Part shown: positions 27,580 to 37,406 of the stretch, in pieces
How the letters are laid out: the number at the start of each line of letters is the position of its first letter
How positions within the stretch are numbered: position 1 is the first letter of the stretch
Assembly (NCBI GenBank): GCA_027485535.1
Contig: JAIXQV010000254.1
Location: 1 to 40,205 of the forward strand
Direction of reading: 5' to 3'
DNA: 40,205 bases
DNA from: Oxalobacteraceae bacterium
Lineage (GTDB): Bacteria > Pseudomonadota > Gammaproteobacteria > Burkholderiales > Burkholderiaceae_D
The notes under the pieces: generated by a model
The model's database searches: none
What the model saw: only the letters and a program-made list of their open reading frames with translations
Told to the model about the DNA's origin: nothing
Position numbers and translations under genes: made by a program

Positions 27580-29604
27580 TCAGAAATCGACTGTGAAATA
27601 GATTTGGGTCACGCGGCCAGGCAGCACATTATAGGCATTTGCGCCGCGTAGATCGAAGCCTTGGGTGTCGAAGAGGTTGGAGGTCTGTATGCGGAGTACT
27701 GCGTTGTTGCCGGCAATTCTGAAGCGATAGCGACCGCCCAGATCGATCAGCGTGCGCGTTGGCACCGAAACCAGATTGTTGACCGTGGCGACTTCGGGCG
27801 ATCGGTAGGATAACTGAAGATCGAACGAGAGGCCGGGCGCGAAGCCGGGACGCCAATCGGCCGCGAATTCGATGCGTTCGGAAATCGCACCAACCGGGAG
27901 CCGCCCCACCATGCCGCGGGATACGGCATCGCCGGTGACCCTGGGGCGCAGCAGCACGGCGCCCAGCACGGCCGAAAGTTCCGGCGTGAGCGCTCCCGCG
28001 AAGCTGGCTTCGACACCGCGGTTAATCACGCTGCCGAGCACGTCAAAGCGGCCGTTGGCATCAAGGTTGAAATAAGGCTTTGTGACGTCGAACACGCCCG
28101 CAACCATGCGCATGCCACCGCCCAGATCGATGCGGACACCGGCATCATGTTGACGGGTCTGAATGGCTGGCAGCGCTTCGTTTCGGTTGGCAGCGAAATT
28201 GGGGGCAACGCCTGATTCCTCCAATCCAGTCACGGCGCCGCCATACAGGCTGATCCGGGGCGTGATCCGCACCGCCACCGTCACATTGTAGAGCCACGGC
28301 GCGGCATCAACCGCCGCACGCGCGCCGGGAAAACCGATGCGCTTGGAATAATCGGATTTCTGCACGCCCACTGATAGTTCGCCAATACCATTCCACTGGC
28401 CTTCATAAGCAATGCCGCCAGTCCACTGCCGAACATTGTCGCGTTGCTGGGGGCCGAAACTGAGGGTGGGTCGAGACACGTCGGGCGCCACACCGAGAAT
28501 GTTGACGTCGCCAAGATCCAGGCTCTGCGAGCCGTCGAAGCGGCGAAAGGACTGACGGCCACGGGCGGTGAGATGGAAAGCGTGGCGGCGGGGGCCGTCG
28601 TCGATGCGGCGCGTGAGACGCAATTCGCCGCTGGTGCTGGCATTGTAGAGCGGCGGATCGCCGGTCAGGCGCTGGCTGCCGCTGCCATCGGGACTGACGA
28701 TGCGCACGACATTGGCGAACTGGTTGCGGAGAGCGCGGTGGGAGCGAAACAGGCCGCCGCGCAGTTGCCAGCCTTCGGCAAGGGTCCAGTCGGTTATGGC
28801 GCCGGCCGTGATTTCCGTGTCGCTGCCGCGAGACCACCAGGGGCCAAAGAACTGGCGGCGCGGCAGCCTTGGTGGCAGGAAATTGCCCTGCGGCACAGTG
28901 ATCGGGCCTCGATCATCGATGAATGTATCCTTCATCGTGACGAAAGGCAGCACTACCAGCCTGGTCGATGGCTGCCATTGGCCGATCAGGGCCAGTTCAT
29001 AGCTGTGATCGCGCGTCTTGTTGAAGCCATTCTCCAGTTCAAGTCCGGCGCCAACGCCAATCGACATGGTTGCAGACATTGGCAGCGTCGCATCGAATTC
29101 CGCGGTGGGTGTGTGCCAGCTGTTGTAACCGATGAGCAGGCTGGCCGCAGCCTCACGGCCCGGGCGACGGATGCCGAGATCGACGATGCCGGTGGGAGCC
29201 GGGAAGGGGCTACCCAGTGCAGACGGGCCCACGCGGATGGTGGTGGCGCGCACCAGCCGGCTGGAAGGGATGACAATCGGATCGAAATAGAGCCCGTCGA
29301 TCCGCACATTGCCAGCGGCGACTGGGGAGAAGCCGCGCACGCGCTCACGGTTGTAGAGGCCCGAGATCTCACGGCCAATGCTGGTGCCAAACGCATCGCC
29401 GGCCTGGCGAACGGCATTCTCGGCCGAACGGCTGCCGGTGGCGGCGACGATGACCGCCGGATCACCGGCAGGCGCCGTGGCCTGTGCGCGCAGTGCGGCC
29501 GGCGTGATCAGCGCGATCGCCAATCCCAGCAGCGATCCTGGCCGGCACGGCGGCGAGGGGCGGTTGGAGGCGCCATCGGTGTGCCGGCGCAGTGTGGCGC
29601 TCAT
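27580..29604 (-). CDS. TonB-dependent receptor
   Basis: Signal peptide, plug-like VRGFS..NVRIDG, amphipathic beta strands, C-terminal NLFD...FTVDF, GGAGG RBS. Confidence 0.85.
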   Translation of the reverse strand: MSATLRRHTDGASNRPSPPCRPGSLLGLAIALITPAALRAQATAPAGDPAVIVAATGSRSAENAVRQAGDAFGTSIGREISGLYNRERVRGFSPVAAGNVRIDGLYFDPIVIPSSRLVRATTIRVGPSALGSPFPAPTGIVDLGIRRPGREAAASLLIGYNSWHTPTAEFDATLPMSATMSIGVGAGLELENGFNKTRDHSYELALIGQWQPSTRLVVLPFVTMKDTFIDDRGPITVPQGNFLPPRLPRRQFFGPWWSRGSDTEITAGAITDWTLAEGWQLRGGLFRSHRALRNQFANVVRIVSPDGSGSQRLTGDPPLYNASTSGELRLTRRIDDGPRRHAFHLTARGRQSFRRFDGSQSLDLGDVNILGVAPDVSRPTLSFGPQQRDNVRQWTGGIAYEGQWNGIGELSVGVQKSDYSKRIGFPGARAAVDAAPWLYNVTVAVRITPRISLYGGAVTGLEESGVAPNFAANRNEALPAIQTRQHDAGVRIDLGGGMRMVAGVFDVTKPYFNLDANGRFDVLGSVINRGVEASFAGALTPELSAVLGAVLLRPRVTGDAVSRGMVGRLPVGAISERIEFAADWRPGFAPGLSFDLQLSYRSPEVATVNNLVSVPTRTLIDLGGRYRFRIAGNNAVLRIQTSNLFDTQGFDLRGANAYNVLPGRVTQIYFTVDF

Positions 29605-29669
29605 CTGGTCGTCCTCCGGGCGTCAGCCGGCAAAAGCGTCTTGCCAAGCGGCCCAGCAATGCCTAGCTT

Positions 29670-29686
29670 ATTGTATACAGTCTACA
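29670..29686. promoter_or_regulatory. Candidate GntR-type operator
   Basis: ATTGTATACAGTCTACA in a divergent intergenic region, similar to 34012-34031. Confidence 0.45.
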
Positions 29687-29702
29687 GTTAGTTGGAGGTG
29701 GC

Positions 29703-31331
29703 ATGCTGGATCGTCGTGAATTGCTGGGGGGAGTGGCACTGGCCGGAACGGCGCTCGCCGCCAGCGGCGCCCGGGCGCAGTCCTTGGGAGCCAGCAAGGC
29801 GCCTGGCATCGATCCGGCGACGCTGATCGATACGGCGCAGGGCCGTGTCCGTGGCTATCGCGATGGCGAGGTCCGCATCTTCAAGGGAATCCCCTATGCC
29901 GCCGATACTGGTGGCAGCAGCCGCTTCCTGCCTCCCGGTCCGGCGCCGAAATGGGCCGGCACCCGCAGTTGCATGAACTGGGGCCCGACCTGCCCGCAGC
30001 AGCCCCGCACCGGCTGGAGCAACGACGAGGAAGCCTGGCTGTTCCATTGGGACGACGGCTACACCGGCGAGGATTGCCTTCGTCTCAATGTCTGGGGCCG
30101 CACCGATGCCCGCAATGCGCCGGTGATGGTGTGGATACACGGCGGCGGCTACACCGCCGGCTCTTCGCAGGAACTGGCCGGCTATGACGGCACGCGCATG
30201 GCGGCCAATCACGGCGTCATCTTCGTGTCGGTCAATCACCGGCTTGGGCCGCTGGGGTACATGGACCTGTCGGAAGTGGGCGGCAGCGCCTATGCCCAGT
30301 CCGGCAATGCCGGCGTGCTCGATCTGGTGGCCGCGTTGCAATGGGTGAAGGCCAATATCGCGGCGTTCGGCGGCGATCCCGGCAATGTCACGATTTTCGG
30401 CCAATCGGGCGGCGGCTCGAAAGTTTCCACGCTGATGGGCATGCCGGCGGCCGCTGGCCTGTTCCACAAGGCGATGATCCATTCCGGCGCTTCGCTGTTG
30501 GGCAACGACAGCAACCGCGCCCGCGCCTTCACCCGCGAGGTGCTGGCCGAACTTGGTATCGGCAAGGAAATCTTCCGCCTGCAGGCCATCCCGACAGCGG
30601 CGCTGATCGACGCCGGGCAGAAGGTGGCACGCCGCCTTTCGGCCGGCCAGCCGACCAATCTCACCATCGGCGGCCCGCGCCGCCGCGCGCCGGGCTGGTC
30701 CCCGGTGGTGGACGGCGTCACCATCCCTGAAGCGCCGTTTGTGGATCGCGCCCCGGTCATTTCCGCGCATGTGCCACTGGTGGTGGGCAGTGTGCGCGAT
30801 GAGTCGGGTGGCGCCCTGCCGGAATTCGATGAAGCCGAGCTGTTGAAGCGTATGGCCAACGTGCCGGCAGCCAGCCGGGGCGAAGCGCTGGCGGCGTTCC
30901 GCGCGGCCTTCCCGGGCCTGTCTCCTGGTCACTTGTCGCGGGTGATGGCGGCGATGGCCGGGCGCAACAACAGCGTGCATTTCGCCAATCTGAAAACGGC
31001 GCAGGGCACGGCGGCCTTCACCTGGTACATGACCTATGCCTGCCCGACGCTGGAAGGCCGTTGGGGCAGCTTCCACTGCATCGACATTCCGTTTGCCACC
31101 GACAATGTGGAGCGTTGGGCCACCGCCACCGGCAACACGCCGGGCGCGCAGGCGCTGGGCCGGGCGATGAGCAGTGCCTGGGCGGCCTTTGCCCGCACCG
31201 GCAACCCATCGATCAAGGGGATGGCCTGGCCGGCGCACGACAACCGCGTGCCAACGATGGTTTATGACAATGCATCGCAAGTGATGATGGATCCGGCCGG
31301 CGTCGCACGCCGTGCCGTGATGGCGACCTGA
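29703..31331 (+). CDS. Type-B carboxylesterase/lipase with Tat signal
   Basis: LDRRELL twin-arginine signal, FKGIPYA, EDCLRLNVW, WIHGGG, FGGDPGNVTIFGQSGG (GxSxG). Confidence 0.93.
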   Translation: MLDRRELLGGVALAGTALAASGARAQSLGASKAPGIDPATLIDTAQGRVRGYRDGEVRIFKGIPYAADTGGSSRFLPPGPAPKWAGTRSCMNWGPTCPQQPRTGWSNDEEAWLFHWDDGYTGEDCLRLNVWGRTDARNAPVMVWIHGGGYTAGSSQELAGYDGTRMAANHGVIFVSVNHRLGPLGYMDLSEVGGSAYAQSGNAGVLDLVAALQWVKANIAAFGGDPGNVTIFGQSGGGSKVSTLMGMPAAAGLFHKAMIHSGASLLGNDSNRARAFTREVLAELGIGKEIFRLQAIPTAALIDAGQKVARRLSAGQPTNLTIGGPRRRAPGWSPVVDGVTIPEAPFVDRAPVISAHVPLVVGSVRDESGGALPEFDEAELLKRMANVPAASRGEALAAFRAAFPGLSPGHLSRVMAAMAGRNNSVHFANLKTAQGTAAFTWYMTYACPTLEGRWGSFHCIDIPFATDNVERWATATGNTPGAQALGRAMSSAWAAFARTGNPSIKGMAWPAHDNRVPTMVYDNASQVMMDPAGVARRAVMAT

Positions 31332-31421
31332 CGGGCGGTCAGGTCGCTTTCCTGGACGGTGGCCCCAACAGGGCCACAGGCTGGCGCGTCGACTCCTCCC
31401 CTGGGCGGCGCGCCAGTTCGT

Positions 31422-33242
31422 TCAAAGCTGGACGCTGGCCAGCAGGCGCAAGCGCAGCGGCGGCGCCGGGAATCCGGCGGCATCCTGCCAATCGGCGTCA
31501 AGCAGATTGTCAGCCGCCAGCCGGATCGCCAGCGCTTCCGTCGCCCGCCAGCGCGCATCGGCGGCCAACTGGACATAGGGGGAAAGACGCTTCCGCCCGC
31601 CCGGCACTGATTCATCATCGCGCGCACCAACATGGCCAGAACGCAGATTGACGGCCAGCCGCTCTGTCGCCTGCCAGCGCACCGCAGCATTCGCCCGCCA
31701 GCGCGGTCGCAGCAGCAGGCCGGGCCCGCCGGCCTGGTCGCGTGGCCAGATATGCTGGGCGGCCAGATCAAACTGCACGTCACCCAGTTGCTGCACCAGG
31801 CTGGCCGATACCCCATCCACGGCCACGCGGCCGCGGTTGACCAGCGCCGGTGCTGGCTGGAACACGAAATCGATGAGGTCGCGATAACGGGCAACAAAGC
31901 CGCCCAGTCGCAGACTTGTGCCATCCTGCTGCCAGATCAGCGCCACATCGCCGCGCTGGCCGGATTCGGGCCGCAGTGCCGGATTGCCGACCAGTGGATT
32001 GGCCAATGCATAGAAACTGGGCGCCTTAAAGCTGCGGCCGGCCGATGCCTCCAGCCTCCAGCCGCCGCCCAGATTGGCCGCCGCCGCGATGCGGCCGGAA
32101 AGACGCGCCTTTAGATTGCCGATGCGATCGACGCGCACCGCGCCGCTGCCCGAGACGGCGCCGGCGCGGCTGGCGATTTCGGCAAAGCCGGCCCAGGCGC
32201 TGCGATCAAGTCTGTAGGCGGTGGGGAGGGCGAAGAAGCCAAAATCCAGCTCTCCTGTGGAACGGCCGCGTTCGCTGCTGCCCTCGATGCCGGCAGCGAG
32301 TTGCGTGGCGCCTGCTGACCAAGCCAGACTGGCCTGGCCGAGCAGACGGTCATAGCGGGTCGCGTCCGTGGTGGCCGGCAGGCCGGCGGCATTGCTGGCG
32401 GCACCGGCGACGCCGGGGCTGGCGATGCTGTCGCTACGGCCGAGCCAGCTGGCATTGAGATCGAGCGCCAGACCGTCGGCCAGCATCCTGCGCGTCCGCA
32501 CCGAAGCCAAAAACTCTCGCGCCCGGCGCAGCTCGGCCACGCGGCGATCCGCCAGCAGTGCGCCGCCGCTGGCATCTGGGAAGCCGGCGGCATCAACGTC
32601 GTTTAAGCGCAGCAGTAGCCGGTCAGCACCGCCGTCGCGCATCACGCGCAGCACGGCGGTGCGCGCCACAAAGCGGGCCAGCGGCGTGGGTGTACCATCA
32701 TCGTCGATCTGGCCAGTGAGGCTGGCGCCCCAGCCGCCGCCGATCGGCCCGGACAGGCCAGCAGCCAGCGTATGGCCGCCCCGGCTGATGCCGCCGCCCT
32801 GTGCGGTGAATTCCAGCCGATCGGCCGGGCCGCGCGGCGTGATCGCGAGCACACCGGCCAGCGCGCCCGATCCGTGCACGGCTGAAAGCTGCGCCGGCAG
32901 CAGATCGAGGCTGGCGAGGCCGAAGCTGCCGATCTCTGCCAGGTTGACCGCGCCGCCGCGTGAGCTGGTGGCATTGTTGATCGGCACGCCATCGAACAGC
33001 ACCAGCGTGAAATTGGGATCGGCACCGTCCAGCGTGGCTGCGGCAAAGCCGCTGCGCCCGCCCGGCTGCGTCATGAACAGATTGGGCACGCTCGCCGCAG
33101 CCGCGGCAACGCTGCCGGAAGAATCCAGCGTGGCGCCATCGATCCGGATGGCGCTGGATAGTGGCGGCAGCCGCGACGCGGTGACGACGAGCGGCGGCGC
33201 CAACGCGGCGGATTGGGCAAGCAGAAGAACAGGAAGCAGCAT
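31422..33242 (-). CDS. TonB-dependent receptor (BtuB-like size)
   Basis: VVTASR TonB-box region, TLVLFDGVPIN plug, HGSGALAGV, SFKAPS..GNPALRPE, DNLLD. Confidence 0.88.
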   Translation of the reverse strand: MLLPVLLLAQSAALAPPLVVTASRLPPLSSAIRIDGATLDSSGSVAAAAASVPNLFMTQPGGRSGFAAATLDGADPNFTLVLFDGVPINNATSSRGGAVNLAEIGSFGLASLDLLPAQLSAVHGSGALAGVLAITPRGPADRLEFTAQGGGISRGGHTLAAGLSGPIGGGWGASLTGQIDDDGTPTPLARFVARTAVLRVMRDGGADRLLLRLNDVDAAGFPDASGGALLADRRVAELRRAREFLASVRTRRMLADGLALDLNASWLGRSDSIASPGVAGAASNAAGLPATTDATRYDRLLGQASLAWSAGATQLAAGIEGSSERGRSTGELDFGFFALPTAYRLDRSAWAGFAEIASRAGAVSGSGAVRVDRIGNLKARLSGRIAAAANLGGGWRLEASAGRSFKAPSFYALANPLVGNPALRPESGQRGDVALIWQQDGTSLRLGGFVARYRDLIDFVFQPAPALVNRGRVAVDGVSASLVQQLGDVQFDLAAQHIWPRDQAGGPGLLLRPRWRANAAVRWQATERLAVNLRSGHVGARDDESVPGGRKRLSPYVQLAADARWRATEALAIRLAADNLLDADWQDAAGFPAPPLRLRLLASVQL

Positions 33243-33266
33243 GGATACTCGATTGGCTGAAGAGGA

Positions 33267-33974
33267 TCAGGCGCGGCGGAACAGGTGCCACAGGGCGTAT
33301 GCAAACGCGGGAAGGGCGATGACGCCCACCAGTGCGGGCAGCAGATTGCCGGCCGATGCCTTGGCGCCCAGCCCAGCCCAGGCCAGCGCCAGAGCAGCGT
33401 TGGCCGGCACGACGGCCAGCAGAAACGGCTGCCACGGCAGCCGCGCCGCACCGGCCATTATCACCATGGCTTCGGCCACGACTGGAACCGGCCGGCTGAG
33501 CAGCAGGGCGAGTGGGCCGATTGGGCTTAGCTGGGGAGCGAGCCCGGCCAGCGCGGCATCGCCCATCAGGCGATCGGCCAGCACCCGGCCGGGCTGGCGG
33601 CCCAGCCAATAGCCGATCAGCGCTCCGGCCATAAGGCCGATAAAGATCGCCGCTGCACCCACACCCGCGCCCAGCGCGCTGCCGCCGGCAACGGCGACGA
33701 TGCTGGAAGGCACCGGCAGCACGGGATCCAGTGCGAGCAGCAGCACTACCAGCGCCATCACCAGCCATGGCCGATCAGCCAGCGCCGCTGCCGCTGCCAT
33801 CGCCTGGCTGGCCAGTTCGTCGCCAAACAGCGCCCATGGCAACAGAATGGCGGCCAGCAATCCGGCCAGCAGCATCAGCCAGCGCCTGCCCTGTCCTGCC
33901 TGCATTGCCTGCACCTGAAACCTGCCTCCTGCCCGACCACGACCTTCGTTGTCGTGCTGCGGCACGTCGTCCAC
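33267..33974 (-). CDS. DedA/VTT (SNARE-associated) membrane protein (start uncertain)
   Basis: DPVLPVPSS, GALIGYWLGR, SRPVPVVAE motifs. Confidence 0.8.
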   Translation of the reverse strand: MDDVPQHDNEGRGRAGGRFQVQAMQAGQGRRWLMLLAGLLAAILLPWALFGDELASQAMAAAAALADRPWLVMALVVLLLALDPVLPVPSSIVAVAGGSALGAGVGAAAIFIGLMAGALIGYWLGRQPGRVLADRLMGDAALAGLAPQLSPIGPLALLLSRPVPVVAEAMVIMAGAARLPWQPFLLAVVPANAALALAWAGLGAKASAGNLLPALVGVIALPAFAYALWHLFRRA

Positions 33975-34011
33975 CCCGTCAAGCCGGGCCGGATCTCACT
34001 TGCGAATGGCC

Positions 34012-34031
34012 CATACTATATACAGTATGCA
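34012..34031. promoter_or_regulatory. Candidate GntR-type operator, copy 2
   Basis: CATACT-ATATAC-AGTATG inverted repeat in a divergent intergenic region. Confidence 0.45.
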
Positions 34032-34066
34032 ATTGCCAATCGCTGCCGGCTGCGGCACGAAGGCAT

Positions 34067-36703
34067 ATGGGCAGGAAAATGAACATGTCAGGTCGTAGGG
34101 CAGGGATGGGGGCTGCGGTCGCCGCACTGGCGGCGCCGTTGTTGCTGGCAGCGGGAAATCTGGCCGTGCCGCCGCGCAGCGAGTTGAACCGGCCGTGGCC
34201 GTTCTTCACCGCCGAAGAACCCGAAGAGCCGCCGGTGCGCGCGCCGATTGACGCGCTGAACAGCTTTGCGATGCCGCCGGGCTATGCCGTGGAACTTGTC
34301 GCCGCCGAACCGCTTGTGCAGGATCCGATCCTGATGGAATTCGATGGCGATGGCCGGCTGTGGGTGATGGAATTGCCAGGCTGGGCGCACAATCTGTCGA
34401 TGGAAAACAGTCTGGAACCGGTGAACCGCTTGGTGGTGCTGGACGATACCGACAACGACGGCGTGTTCGACAAGCGCACGGTGTTTGCCGACAAATTGGT
34501 GCTGCCGCGCGCCTTCAAGATCCTGGCTGGCGGCTGCGCGCTGATTGGCGAACCGCCAATGCTTTGGAAGGCCTGCGATACCGATGGCGATTTGAAGGCT
34601 GACACCAAGGAAAAGGTCGCCGACGGTTTCGCCCGGCTTGGCGTGCTGGAACATGGTGCCAACGGCCTGTTCTGGGGGATGGACAATCTGCTGGTCGTAT
34701 CCGAGCATGAGTGGAACGTGGGGTACAAGGCGGGCCAGTTCGTCACCGTGCCGGGCCTGCGCCGCGGCCAGTGGGGCGTCACCCAGGATGATGCCGGGCG
34801 CATCTATCGTAACGTCAACACCGATCCCTTGTTTGTCGATTATGTGTCGCCGGATTATTATGCCCGTAACCCCGATCTGGTGCGCACGCGCGGCCTCTAT
34901 GAAAATCTGGTCGATCAGGAAAAGACCAACATCTGGCCGGCGCACCCGACGTTGGGCCTAAACCGCGGTTATCGGCGCGAGGTGTTCCGCGCCGATGGCA
35001 CTGCCAGCTATTATGGCGGCGTGTCGTCGCCCTTGATCTATCGCGGCACCCGCCTGCCGGCCGACGTGCAGGGCATGGGCTTCGTCGCCGATGGTGCCAC
35101 CAACATCGTGCACCTGCTGCGACTGAAGGATGATGGTCAGGGCCGGATGGCGGCCGAGGATTACTATGCCAAGGGCGAATTCCTCGCTTCCACCGATGTG
35201 CGCTTCCGGCCCACAGCACTGGCTGGCGGCCCGGATGGCAGTTTCTATGTCGCCGACATGTATCGCGGCGTCTCCCAGGATGGCCCGCTGCAAACGGATT
35301 ATCTGCGTGATTACATCACCAAACGCGGGCTGGCGCGCGGCATCGGCCATGGCCGTATCTATCGGGTGGTGCATGTGAGCGCCAATGGCGCCGCCGCGCC
35401 GATGCCGCGCGATGCCCGCCCGCAGATGAGCCGGGACACGACGGCTGCCCTGGTGGCCCACCTGTCCCACCCCAATGGTTGGTGGCGTGACACGGCGCAG
35501 CAGCATCTGGTGCAGCGTGCCGATCCCAAGTCCGAACCGCTGCTGGTGAAGCTGGCCAAGGACCTGAAGGCCGATTGGCGCAGCCGGCTGCACGCGCTGT
35601 GGACGCTGGATGGCATGGGCGCGATGCGCGCCGATCTGGCGCTGCTGGCGATGCGCGATGCCAAGGCCGAACTGCGTGCCGCTGGCCTGCGGCTGGCCGA
35701 AAGCGGCCTGGCCAAGGGCGATCAGAAATTGATCAAGGCGGTGTTGACGTTGGCTGGCGATGGCAATTGGCAGGTGCGGCTGCAGGCCGCCGCCACGCTT
35801 GGTGCGCTGCCCGATGCAGCGCGCACCCAGCCGATGATTGCGCTGCTTAGCGTGCATGGCGATGATCCTGTGCTGGTCGATGCCGCGCTGTCGGGCCTGA
35901 AGGGCAACGAATTGCCGGTCTTGACCGCGCTGGCCGCTGCGCGCGCCGCGCCCAGGGAGGCCGTGGCGATGCTGGCCGGCGCTCTGGCCAAGCGCCGCGA
36001 TGCTGCCACCGGGCAGCAACTGGTGGCGCTGGCGGCGCGCGATGATCTGCCCGCCCCTGTTCGCACGGCGCTGCTCGATGGCCTGGCGCTGGGCTTTGCC
36101 GGCGGCGCGCAGACAGGCGGCAATGCCGTGGCCGGTGGCCGCGCGGGCGGCAATATCCCCGGCGTGACGCGGGCGCGCGGCGGGGTGCAGCGCTTTGCGT
36201 TAGCCGCCGAGCCGGCGATGATCAGCCGGCTGGCCAGCGGCAGCGATGCGCTGGCGGAACCGTCGAAGAAGCTGCTGGCGCTGATCACCTGGCCGGGCCG
36301 GCCGGCGCCGCCGGCGCTGCCGCCACGCAACGCCAGTGAAGAGGCCTTGTTCAAACAAGGCCAGGCGATTTATGTCGAACAATGTTCGGGCTGCCACCAG
36401 ATCGAAGGCCAGGGCCAGGCCACCGTGGCGCCGGCACTGGCTGGTTCCAAGCGGGTGGCGGCCAATGGCGACGTGCCGGTGCGCATCCTCACCAACGGGT
36501 TGGAAGGCAAGATTGGCCTGATGCCGCCGTTGGGCGGCGCGATGAGCGACGAGGAGGTGGCCGCCGTGCTCACCTATGTGCGCCAGTCGTTCGGCAACCG
36601 CGCCGCGCCGCTCCCGCCGGCTGCGGTGAAGGAATGGCGGCTGGCCTTTGCCCACCGCACCACGCCATGGTCCGAAAAGGATATCGACGCGCCGCAACGG
36701 TGA
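34067..36703 (+). CDS. PVC-type membrane-bound dehydrogenase-like protein: beta-propeller, HEAT repeats and cytochrome c
   Basis: VELVAAEPLVQDP..FDGDGRLWV, HGANGL, HPNGWWRDTAQ, HEAT-like helices, CSGCH heme motif, distal MPP. Start at 34067-34085. Confidence 0.85.
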   Translation: MGRKMNMSGRRAGMGAAVAALAAPLLLAAGNLAVPPRSELNRPWPFFTAEEPEEPPVRAPIDALNSFAMPPGYAVELVAAEPLVQDPILMEFDGDGRLWVMELPGWAHNLSMENSLEPVNRLVVLDDTDNDGVFDKRTVFADKLVLPRAFKILAGGCALIGEPPMLWKACDTDGDLKADTKEKVADGFARLGVLEHGANGLFWGMDNLLVVSEHEWNVGYKAGQFVTVPGLRRGQWGVTQDDAGRIYRNVNTDPLFVDYVSPDYYARNPDLVRTRGLYENLVDQEKTNIWPAHPTLGLNRGYRREVFRADGTASYYGGVSSPLIYRGTRLPADVQGMGFVADGATNIVHLLRLKDDGQGRMAAEDYYAKGEFLASTDVRFRPTALAGGPDGSFYVADMYRGVSQDGPLQTDYLRDYITKRGLARGIGHGRIYRVVHVSANGAAAPMPRDARPQMSRDTTAALVAHLSHPNGWWRDTAQQHLVQRADPKSEPLLVKLAKDLKADWRSRLHALWTLDGMGAMRADLALLAMRDAKAELRAAGLRLAESGLAKGDQKLIKAVLTLAGDGNWQVRLQAAATLGALPDAARTQPMIALLSVHGDDPVLVDAALSGLKGNELPVLTALAAARAAPREAVAMLAGALAKRRDAATGQQLVALAARDDLPAPVRTALLDGLALGFAGGAQTGGNAVAGGRAGGNIPGVTRARGGVQRFALAAEPAMISRLASGSDALAEPSKKLLALITWPGRPAPPALPPRNASEEALFKQGQAIYVEQCSGCHQIEGQGQATVAPALAGSKRVAANGDVPVRILTNGLEGKIGLMPPLGGAMSDEEVAAVLTYVRQSFGNRAAPLPPAAVKEWRLAFAHRTTPWSEKDIDAPQR

Positions 36704-36707
36704 TCGG

Positions 36708-37406
36708 ATGATCGACGTTGCGGATCTTGTCTGCCGCCGGGGAGGGCGCGCGGTGGTGGACGGCGTGTCATTCACGGTTGCCGCCGGCGAGATCGTGGGC
36801 CTGATCGGCCTGAATGGCGCGGGCAAGACCAGCCTTATTGATTGCATTGCCGGGTTGGCGCGGCCGGATGCCGGGCTGGTGATCGTGGCCGGCCATGCGC
36901 CCGGCAGCGTGGCGGCGCGCCGGGAGACCGGCGTCTTGTTGCAGCAGCCGGGATTACCGGCGCGGCTGACCGTGGCCGAAACACTGGCACTGTTTGCCGG
37001 GCTGCATGGAGTGGCTGTGGATGAACGTCTGGCGGCGGCACTGGGGCTGTGTGCGTTGGCCGGTTGCCGTGTGGACCGATTGTCGGGCGGGCAGGAGCAG
37101 CGGCTGGCGTTGGCGCTGGCCTTGCAATCGGGCGCGCCGGCACTGGTTCTGGATGAACCGGCCACAGCGCTTGATCCGCTGATGCGGCGCGATCTCGTGG
37201 TACTGCTTGGCGAACGGCGGGCAGGAGGCGCAGCGGTCTTGCTCGCGACCCACGATCTGGCCGAAGCCAGCAGCCTGTGTGACCGGGTGGTGTTGCTGCA
37301 TCAGGGCCGGCTGGTGGCGCAGGGGCGCCCGGCCGATCTGATCTCGGCGACGGCAGCGACGCTGGCCGATGTGGTACTGACCATCTCTGGGGAGCCCGGC
37401 CGATGA
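36708..37406 (+). CDS. ABC transporter ATP-binding protein
   Basis: GLNGAGKT, LSGGQ, LVLDEP, ATHD. Confidence 0.92.
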   Translation: MIDVADLVCRRGGRAVVDGVSFTVAAGEIVGLIGLNGAGKTSLIDCIAGLARPDAGLVIVAGHAPGSVAARRETGVLLQQPGLPARLTVAETLALFAGLHGVAVDERLAAALGLCALAGCRVDRLSGGQEQRLALALALQSGAPALVLDEPATALDPLMRRDLVVLLGERRAGGAAVLLATHDLAEASSLCDRVVLLHQGRLVAQGRPADLISATAATLADVVLTISGEPGR

